A stretch of DNA of 64,000 nt from positions 8,304-72,303 of the forward strand of contig JAKACH010000001.1 of NCBI GenBank assembly GCA_021821635.1, written 5' to 3'. Origin of the DNA: Thermoplasmata archaeon (GTDB taxonomy: Archaea; Thermoplasmatota; Thermoplasmata; Thermoplasmatales; Thermoplasmataceae). Below the pieces are notes generated by a model. The model was not told the DNA's origin, did not search any database, and saw only the letters and a list, made by a program, of their open reading frames with translations. Shown here piece by piece: positions 57,045 to 64,000 of this stretch (within the stretch, counting starts at the first letter, position 1; each line of letters starts with the position of its first letter). A program made the translations under genes and the position numbers.

Positions 57045-57120
57045 AGAGGATTATTGCTAGGATCTTAAAAATCTAGGCGGTTAAATCATTGATGAGTTCG
57101 GTTTGATCAGAACGCCTATC

Positions 57121-57549
57121 TCATTTCCTGATTGACAGCTTACTGGTCAATTCCTTCATTTCTGCAGCTTCAAGTCCGTGAGAGATTTCTTTCCACCACT
57201 TCGCTATGTTTATACCATCATTTGTCCGCCTTGGTATGACATGCATGTGGATGTGGAAGACGCTCTGATTAGCAGTTTCATGATTAGCAAGAAAGAGATT
57301 GGTCCCTTCGCAAAAACCGGTATCAACCATATGTGATGAGAGATGACGGGCAACCTCTGCAACCTTCCCGAAAGTATCTGCATCCACCATCTCAAGATAT
57401 TCAAAATGACGCTTCGGAATTACAAGTGAATGACCTCTGGAAATTGGATTAACGTCAAGGATGACAATAACATCCGAATCATCATATAATCTTGCAGAAG
57501 GTATCTCTCCGGCGACTATCCTACAGAATATGCAGTCATTTTTTTCCAT
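57121..57549 (-). CDS. HIT (histidine triad) family protein
   Basis: 142 aa. It has 'CIFCRIVAGEIPS' and the triad 'HIHMHVIP'. Confidence 0.9.
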   Translation of the reverse strand: MEKNDCIFCRIVAGEIPSARLYDDSDVIVILDVNPISRGHSLVIPKRHFEYLEMVDADTFGKVAEVARHLSSHMVDTGFCEGTNLFLANHETANQSVFHIHMHVIPRRTNDGINIAKWWKEISHGLEAAEMKELTSKLSIRK

Positions 57550-57779
57550 GTTATATTGAATGTGCCGATGTATAAAAACTCATTCGGTTATGTCTTTAAA
57601 TGAAGCCTCCATTAAAATACGATTCAAAAACTTTCTATGCGTTCACATTTATCTTAAATAAAATATTAATCCACACTCATCTAACTGCTAAATAAGGATT
57701 AAATGCCGCTCAGAGTCCTATTTTCAGGTTTTAAACGGAAGAGATAAGCTGTTGTAGTAATTACCAGTCTTGCATTCGC

Positions 57780-58592
57780 ATGACAGAGAGTGATAAAATA
57801 CTACACAAGGTTCTGGTTGAATCCGGACAGGATCCGTCAAGCAAGTCAATCTCTGCATACATTATTGAACATTATCCCTTTCACCCTGGGCCCATTCAGG
57901 GAACCCTTACCTATAATGGATATGTAATTTACAGGTCCCAAGAGAGGCACCTCAACATGAATGGATTGGAGGAAACACTTGCAAAACTTGGAATAGAGGC
58001 TTCAACAATCATTTTCTTATCCAAGCACAGTTCGCAGGCAAAAATAAAGTCCCTTACTGTTCATGCAATGGGCAATATAGGAGAAGCACTTCTGGGAGGC
58101 TTTCCATCGCAGGTCTCCACATCTGATCCTGGAAATATGTCTTCGGCGTTAAGGATTATGAGGAATAACCCTGTCGAAGGTTTCAATATCACATTTGAAG
58201 CAACCCATCATGGCCCTCTTGTAAAGATACCATCATTCTTCATCGAGATAGGCACAGAAAAGGAGGACTGGGAGAACAGGTCTGCGCTCGAGACCGTGTC
58301 AAAGGCTGTATTGAATTGCAGTGATGATGGTAAAGGCGGTTTTATTGGAATCGGAGGCGGGCACTATTCTCCAAAGATCACCGAATATGCAGTTTCCAGC
58401 GGCATCAATGTGGGGCACATACTATCAAAGCACACCCATGAATTCCTTACCGTCGACCTGCTAAAGCAATGCATGGAGAGAACTAAAGGGTTCAGAGGAT
58501 TCCTGGTGGATTGGAAGGGCACAAGAGGTCCTATCAGGGAAATGGTTAGAAACATTGCGTCTGAAGGATCATTTGAATTAATCTCAATATAA
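57780..58592 (+). CDS. dtdA: archaeal-type D-aminoacyl-tRNA deacylase (DTD2/DtdA)
   Basis: 270 aa. 'SKHSS...LTVHAMGN', 'FEATHHGP', 'PSFFIEIGT', 'GIGGGHYSPK' and 'VDWKGTRG' line up with Pyrococcus DTD2 as I remember it. Confidence 0.85.
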   Translation: MTESDKILHKVLVESGQDPSSKSISAYIIEHYPFHPGPIQGTLTYNGYVIYRSQERHLNMNGLEETLAKLGIEASTIIFLSKHSSQAKIKSLTVHAMGNIGEALLGGFPSQVSTSDPGNMSSALRIMRNNPVEGFNITFEATHHGPLVKIPSFFIEIGTEKEDWENRSALETVSKAVLNCSDDGKGGFIGIGGGHYSPKITEYAVSSGINVGHILSKHTHEFLTVDLLKQCMERTKGFRGFLVDWKGTRGPIREMVRNIASEGSFELISI

Positions 58593-58743
58593 ACATATAT
58601 TTATAGAAATATATATCATTCAGGATATTTATTTTCCTGCTGTTCTACGTGTTTTTGAACTAATTTTAGTTCTAGGCATGACATAATATTTAAATACAAT
58701 CAAATTCTTTACAATTAAGGTTAAAAGCCAAGGAATAAAGTAA

Positions 58744-59709
58744 ATGGAAGAGTGTGTGGAGGACGAGCCTCCTAATAAAACACCTTTTTTCCGTGCACGC
58801 AAGATGGAGAGAGTTCTCAATTTCAAGCGACTTTTTGTGAAATATGAGGGCGGCGGTGTCACGGGTACACAGAAAGACAGGATCTCGAAGTATCACGTCA
58901 TGAGGGCACGGGAACTTGGATATGACACGGTTTCATTGGGATCCTGCGGCAATTATGGCGCATCGCTTGCTTATTTTGCTGGCAAGTACGGGATGGACTC
59001 AATAATTGGGGTACCTTCATCCTACTCTGGGGACCGGCTTTCAGAAATCAGGTCCTATGGAGGCAGCCTTCTTGAGCTTCCGATGAAATACGAAGAGGTT
59101 GTTGAGTACATGCGCCAGAAGGCTGTTGAGGAGAACTGGTACGATTCGAATCCAGGGAATTCAAATTCGGAACTGGATTTTCAGGGCTATTCTAAGATTG
59201 CTTCAGAAATCGTCAGCCAGCTCGGAAGAAGTCCGGAATTCATATCAGCACCTGTTGGAAACGGTACTACGCTTACCGGTATCTATAGAGGATTCAGGTT
59301 GCTCAGAGATGCGGGATTGATAGATTCAGTTCCCAGGTTGATTGCGGCTTCGACAGATGGTGGAAATCCTGTTGTCAGATCATGGAAGAAGGGCTACAAG
59401 AAAATCCAAGATCTAGGACCTCTTGATATCAGAGAAACTTCCATAAACGAGCCTCTGGTATCTTATGTATCGTATGATGGCCAGGCGGCGCTAGACTCGA
59501 TATATGAAAGCAAAGGTTTTGCATTCGAGGTGCCGGATACAGAGATGATGCGCTATTCCCAGCTTTTGATGGTTCATGAGAACGTGGACGCACTTCCAGC
59601 TTCTAGTTCAGCGGTCGTGGCAGCCAACAGGGTTGCTCATATGCTCAACAGGAAGATCGATTGCGTTGTCATTATTACGGGTAAAGGGAAAACTTGGAAG
59701 ATGCAGTAG
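58744..59709 (+). CDS. fold-type II PLP-dependent enzyme (threonine synthase/TrpB-like superfamily), function unknown
   Basis: 321 aa. The PLP-lysine context is 'GGVTGTQKDR', followed by 'SLGSCGNYGASLAYFA' and the phosphate loop 'APVGNGTTLTG'. Confidence 0.75.
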   Translation: MEECVEDEPPNKTPFFRARKMERVLNFKRLFVKYEGGGVTGTQKDRISKYHVMRARELGYDTVSLGSCGNYGASLAYFAGKYGMDSIIGVPSSYSGDRLSEIRSYGGSLLELPMKYEEVVEYMRQKAVEENWYDSNPGNSNSELDFQGYSKIASEIVSQLGRSPEFISAPVGNGTTLTGIYRGFRLLRDAGLIDSVPRLIAASTDGGNPVVRSWKKGYKKIQDLGPLDIRETSINEPLVSYVSYDGQAALDSIYESKGFAFEVPDTEMMRYSQLLMVHENVDALPASSSAVVAANRVAHMLNRKIDCVVIITGKGKTWKMQ

Positions 59710-60731
59710 TTCTTGCAGAATCAGTCTTTGGAACCACATACGGCAAAACTGCCAACGGTCTAGTGAGATTCTCTAGACGTTATAACGTTAGGTATGTTAT
59801 TGACAGCAGCCATGCAGGTGAAGATGCAGGAATGGTTCTCAATGGAAAGAAATGTGGGATCCCGGTAGTTGCTGCATTGCCTGTCAACGCCGATCCTCCG
59901 CTTTCGACTCTTGTCGTTGGCGTAGCAACGGATGGCGGCGTTCTACCCCCTAAATACAGGAAATTTATAGCTGATGCCCTCAAATCTGGCCTGAATGTTG
60001 TAAGTGGGCTCCATGAATTCCTGAGCGACGATCCAGAATTTGCAAAGCTTGCCTCAAAGAATGGGAGAACAATAACCGACGTTCGGAAGATGTTCAGGGA
60101 CAGGAAGGACATGTTCACAGGCAGGATCCTTGATGTGAAGTCTACGAAGATAGCTGTTCTGGGTACAGACAGTGCAGTCGGAAAACGCACCACTTCCGTT
60201 TTTCTTTCGGAGAGCATGAAGAAGAAAGGAAACACCTCGGAGATGATAGGCACTGGACAGACTTCCTGGATGCAGGGCTTCAAGTACACAATTGTCCTTG
60301 ATGCGATTATCAATGACTTTGTCTCCGGTGCTCTGGAAACCGTCACAGTTGATGCCTGGAACGATCTCCATCCTGATTATATGTTCCTTGAAGGCCAGGG
60401 ATCTGTGCTGCATCCTGCGTATCCTGGGAGCTTTGAGATAATAGGGGCGCTCCATCCTGATGCCATAATACTTCAACATTCGCCTAAACGCTTATACTAC
60501 GATGGCTTTGAGCAGTTCAAGATCCCGCCACTTGAAAAATATATCCGCATTCTTGAACTCTTATCAGACAAGAAGGTGATAGCTGTCGCCATCAATCGCG
60601 ACGATATGACAAGCAGCGAGATGCTTGACTACATGGACATGGTGGAAAGGAAGTACGGAATCCCGGCTTTCGATCCGCTTGGAAATTTAGATCAGATCAC
60701 CTCGTATATCCAGGACACACTTGGGAAGTGA
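59694..60731 (+). CDS. DUF1611/COG3367-like P-loop protein
   Basis: 345 aa. 'KIAVLGTDSAVGKRTTSVFLSE...IGTGQTSWMQG' is the pattern I associate with DUF1611. It overlaps the upstream ORF by 16 nt. Confidence 0.5.
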   Translation: MEDAVVLAESVFGTTYGKTANGLVRFSRRYNVRYVIDSSHAGEDAGMVLNGKKCGIPVVAALPVNADPPLSTLVVGVATDGGVLPPKYRKFIADALKSGLNVVSGLHEFLSDDPEFAKLASKNGRTITDVRKMFRDRKDMFTGRILDVKSTKIAVLGTDSAVGKRTTSVFLSESMKKKGNTSEMIGTGQTSWMQGFKYTIVLDAIINDFVSGALETVTVDAWNDLHPDYMFLEGQGSVLHPAYPGSFEIIGALHPDAIILQHSPKRLYYDGFEQFKIPPLEKYIRILELLSDKKVIAVAINRDDMTSSEMLDYMDMVERKYGIPAFDPLGNLDQITSYIQDTLGK

Positions 60732-62169
60732 TTGGACGTCTGCTGACTATCGGGACAGAATTGCAATCATAGACAGGATCACGGTCTCACTTCCAGTCAT
60801 TGAGAAGAGAAAGATCAGTTCCAGCATTCTGATTGAATCTCAGGGCGTAAGACATGAATTCCAACTAATCTTCTCATACAGGGAGGATCTCCAGATAACT
60901 GAGAACCTGGCAGGGCTCATACTGACGATGCCTGTCATAAACTTCACCTATTTTGCAAAGGAACTGGTGCTCGACTTTGAGGTCTCCGAGACCGACATTT
61001 CCCAGTTAAATGCATTCATAAACGTAAACAACAGGGAGGTCTTTGTAAATGCAATTTGCAGAAGAAGGTATGACTTCTACAAGCCAGAAGCTATACCCAA
61101 ACTGTATGAGATAACTGAAGCAAATGCGAATGGCATTACCAGACTGATTGCTAAAAAGGTCATCCCAAATGCAGAAGGCAAAAAATTTTCGATGAATAAC
61201 GGGAAGGCTGCCGTTCTGTCAAGCGGTGGAAAGGAGAGCCTCCTGACATATTCTATCCTGAAAGAGGCTAAGTTTGACGTCCACCCAATATTCTTCAACG
61301 AATCAGGGGCACACTGGAGAGCAGCTAAACCTGCTTTTGATTCCTTTACGCAGGACAATAATAATACAACGAAGGTATGGTCAAATGCCGACAGGTTTTA
61401 CAGGTTCTGCCTTGGGCTCCTGCCATTCCTTAACCAGGGCGTGATCAGAAAGAGGACAGATACATACCCGGTACAACTGTTCACTTTTCCCGTATACATA
61501 ATGTCAATGGTTCCCGTGCTTATATCTCGTGGAATTCCTATTGCATTCATGGGCAACGAGTTTGATGATCCAAAAGACATGCCACCCTTCCATGGCATAC
61601 GGCACTACCACGCAATCTTCGATCAGACACCCGATTTCACCAACATGATGTCATCATATCTTCTTTCCAAAGGCTTCAACCTCTCAATATCTTCTCTAGT
61701 ATATCCCGTAACTGCAACAATAGTCGAGCGCATATTGATCCGGCGTTATCATGACATATTTGTTTTGCAGCGATCCTGCCATTCCTGCTCATCTATCGAC
61801 GGCAGGATAATACCATGCGGTAAGTGTTCAAAATGCATGGGCATAATTATGCTCATCCTTGGATCCGACGGAGATCCTGGCAGGATTGGATATAAAAAGG
61901 CGGATATCGAGAACGCAAAGATCAGTTCCGGTAAGCTCCGACTTGATTCAGATGAAATTGAATATCTCTACTCTGTCAACAAGGCAGATTCGCATGTTAC
62001 AGGGATCCATGTACTTCCATTTGAGGAATATCCGTTTTCGCTTCTCCCGAAAAGAATCCGGCAGGCTGTACTTCCTATATTTATGCAATATACTTCCGGT
62101 GTTTATGCCCTCGATAATGGTTCATGGAAGAAGACTCAGAAATATGATTCTATCATGGCAAGAAGCTGA
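60721..62169 (+). CDS. PP-loop ATP-pyrophosphatase-fold protein with an unknown N-terminal domain and a C-terminal Cys cluster
   Basis: 482 aa. The TTG start overlaps the upstream stop by 11 nt. It has the PP-loop 'AAVLSSGGKESLLTY' and 'CHSCSSIDGRIIPCGKCSKC'. Confidence 0.5.
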   Translation: MGSDWTSADYRDRIAIIDRITVSLPVIEKRKISSSILIESQGVRHEFQLIFSYREDLQITENLAGLILTMPVINFTYFAKELVLDFEVSETDISQLNAFINVNNREVFVNAICRRRYDFYKPEAIPKLYEITEANANGITRLIAKKVIPNAEGKKFSMNNGKAAVLSSGGKESLLTYSILKEAKFDVHPIFFNESGAHWRAAKPAFDSFTQDNNNTTKVWSNADRFYRFCLGLLPFLNQGVIRKRTDTYPVQLFTFPVYIMSMVPVLISRGIPIAFMGNEFDDPKDMPPFHGIRHYHAIFDQTPDFTNMMSSYLLSKGFNLSISSLVYPVTATIVERILIRRYHDIFVLQRSCHSCSSIDGRIIPCGKCSKCMGIIMLILGSDGDPGRIGYKKADIENAKISSGKLRLDSDEIEYLYSVNKADSHVTGIHVLPFEEYPFSLLPKRIRQAVLPIFMQYTSGVYALDNGSWKKTQKYDSIMARS

Positions 62170-62636
62170 TCCTGGCTTTCTGCCGTTGCATATTCGGCCA
62201 ATGGCGCTGCGTTAAGAGAAAGAAAGCTGTGTCCCCAATTGAACTTTGACATGACCTGTTCCGCAAGTTCTGTGTAACCTGTAATGTAAAGCGCCGCGCA
62301 AACGGCCTCGGCTGATGAAAGTACATTCGGCTTACCATAATTCACGGGGTTTGCCGCAAGGAGCGTAGGAAGCTTCCTCTGTCTCCTGTAAACCCCTCTT
62401 TCCAGCCTTCCGGGGTTGCTCCAGGATCCGTCAAGTGCGCATAAGCCACATCTCTCTACTGCGGCCTTGTCTGATTTGAGAATATAGAGTTCTGCGAAAG
62501 GATTCAGGACAACGGAACAACCAATCCTGTTTTCTGGTATCTGTCCTGCAAGACCCAGTCTCTGGAGCTTCTTCATGGTCGATTTCTTCGGGTCGTCCTC
62601 CCCGTAGTATACGAACCTGATAATAACTGATCGCAA
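62136..62636 (-). CDS. tsr3: 16S rRNA aminocarboxypropyltransferase Tsr3
   Basis: 166 aa. 'LDGSWS', 'RKLPTLLAANPVNYGKPNVLSSAEAVCAALYITG' and 'FNWGHSFLSLN' are the Tsr3/DUF367 pattern. Confidence 0.8.
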   Translation of the reverse strand: MRSVIIRFVYYGEDDPKKSTMKKLQRLGLAGQIPENRIGCSVVLNPFAELYILKSDKAAVERCGLCALDGSWSNPGRLERGVYRRQRKLPTLLAANPVNYGKPNVLSSAEAVCAALYITGYTELAEQVMSKFNWGHSFLSLNAAPLAEYATAESQDQLLAMIESYF

Positions 62637-62692
62637 TATTTTACCAGATGTGATTTCGATTAATTTAATTAGCCTCTGAATGCTATCACAAG

Positions 62693-64000
62693 ATGCATTA
62701 CATAGTTATCACGGGTGGAGTTATTTCCGGCCTTGGAAAAGGAACTATCACTTCTAGCCTTTCCCACATTCTCTCCAATTCGGGGCACAACGTTTCTGCC
62801 ATGAAGATTGATCCTTACATAAATTACGATGCTGGCACCATGAATCCTTACCAGCATGGAGAGGTTTTCGTGCTTGAAGACGGCGGGGAAGTGGATCTGG
62901 ACCTGGGAAACTATGAGCGCTTCCTGGACAGAAACCTAGTCACTGACAACAACATAACTACAGGAAAGATCTACAGCGAGGTAATTCGCAGGGAAAGGGA
63001 AGGGAAGTACCTTGGCAGCACCGTTCAGATCATACCGCACATTACAAATGAGATAAAGAGAAGGATACGGGGCCTAGCACAATCTGACTCCGCTGAGATA
63101 TTGCTCATAGAAGTTGGTGGGACAGTCGGTGACATCGAATCCATGCCTTTTCTTGAGGCACTCAGGGAACTCAACAGGGAGGAACCGAGGAACTCAGTTC
63201 TTTTCTGTCACGTTACACTCATACCTGAAGTCGGGGCGAGCAGGGAACAGAAAACAAAGCCAACGCAGCACAGCGTCAATGAGCTGAGGGGAATCGGTAT
63301 CCAGCCAGATATCATATTTTGCAGACTCAAGGGGCAGCTTTCAGACGATTCAAGAAAGAAGATATCCCTATTTACAGATGTCCCCGAGGCTGGAATAATA
63401 GGCGTACCGGATGCAAAGAGCCCATACTGGGTCCCAGAGATCATGAACAAGCAGGGTATCCTGCAGTATATCGAGGCATATTTCGGGATGAAACAATCGA
63501 CCTTCGTGGATCCATGGAAGAAATACAAGGAGAATATAGACAAAGTCAGGGACAGCGTCAGGATCGCCGTGGTTGGCAAATATACGCACCTGCTTGATGC
63601 CTACATGAGCCACAAGGAGGCCTTCACCCATGTTACAGGAGTGACTGGGATAGGAGTCGACCTGGTATGGCTGGATTCAGACAGCCTGAAAGAATCCACG
63701 AATGATCTTGAAGGCGTTGATGGCATCCTTGTTCCAGGCGGCTTCGGCTACAGGGGCGTGGAGGGCAAAATTATCGCATGCAGGTATGCAAGGGAGAACA
63801 AGATACCATTCCTTGGAATCTGCCTTGGTTTCCAGGCTGCAGTTATTGAATATGCCAGGAACGTTCTTGGTATGCAGGGCGCAAACAGCACCGAGTTTGA
63901 TCCGAACACCGAATATCCTGTTATTGATCTTCTACCAGAGCAGGAAGGTGTATCTGACATGGGCGGAACAATGAGGCTTGGTGCAAAAAGCGTAGTTGTC
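62693..64000 (+). CDS. pyrG: CTP synthase (N-terminal 436 codons, runs off the window)
   Basis: My own translation from ATG 62693 gives [79 protein letters not shown].... It stays open to 64000 and is not in the ORF track. The glutaminase domain '[15 protein letters not shown]..' is visible near the end. Confidence 0.95.
   Translation, partial: MHYIVITGGVISGLGKGTITSSLSHILSNSGHNVSAMKIDPYINYDAGTMNPYQHGEVFVLEDGGEVDLDLGNYERFLDRNLVTDNNITTGKIYSEVIRREREGKYLGSTVQIIPHITNEIKRRIRGLAQSDSAEILLIEVGGTVGDIESMPFLEALRELNREEPRNSVLFCHVTLIPEVGASREQKTKPTQHSVNELRGIGIQPDIIFCRLKGQLSDDSRKKISLFTDVPEAGIIGVPDAKSPYWVPEIMNKQGILQYIEAYFGMKQSTFVDPWKKYKENIDKVRDSVRIAVVGKYTHLLDAYMSHKEAFTHVTGVTGIGVDLVWLDSDSLKESTNDLEGVDGILVPGGFGYRGVEGKIIACRYARENKIPFLGICLGFQAAVIEYARNVLGMQGANSTEFDPNTEYPVIDLLPEQEGVSDMGGTMRLGAKSVVV

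Noticed and set aside
1-64000. A search for CRISPR arrays, cas genes, rRNA operons, intact IS elements, integrases, reverse transcriptases and tandem repeats
   Set aside because: I found no regularly spaced direct repeats and no such genes on either strand. The only repeat of note is the 23-nt tRNA-Ala 3'-end duplicate reported above.

Overview
This window is a compact archaeal chromosome segment. Coding density is about 90%, many genes have 1-20 nt stop/start overlaps, and several starts are TTG or GTG. The gene content points to a Thermoplasmatales-like euryarchaeon. The evidence is a proteasome alpha subunit matching what I remember of Thermoplasma PsmA over long stretches, an adjacent IPK-IDI2 pair, a thermopsin-like protein, and surface proteins saturated with N-x-S/T sequons. 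I support about 60 CDS. These include radA, gap, psmA, SBDS, pelota, rtcB, argS, valS, pyrG, an aroB-aroE-aroK-aroA operon, ubiX, dtdA and tsr3. I also support tRNA-Ala(UGC), tRNA-Glu(UUC) and an RNase P RNA that the ORF track masks with spurious ORFs. Two edge-truncated genes are missing from the track: an Opp/Dpp-type binding protein at 1-246 (-) and pyrG at 62693-64000 (+). I saw no CRISPR array, cas gene, rRNA, intact IS or prophage. Five things deserve a second look. (1) An AT-rich accessory block surrounds tRNA-Ala. It holds a transposase remnant, relBE, decayed nucleotidyltransferase fragments, and vapBC bracketed by a 23-nt duplicate of the tRNA 3' end (att-like). (2) On the other side of that tRNA sits a cluster of three methyltransferases and a GT2. 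(3) An uncharacterised, translationally coupled trio at 58.7-62.2 kb encodes a PLP enzyme, a DUF1611-like protein and a PP-loop/Cys-cluster protein. (4) Three giant membrane-anchored glycoproteins occupy about 16% of the window. One ends in a cytoplasmic winged-helix-like tail and one has a thermopsin-like domain. (5) An ABC-2 exporter module with a small secreted partner lies between two of the giant genes. All family assignments are motif-level recognition by eye. No database search was possible.
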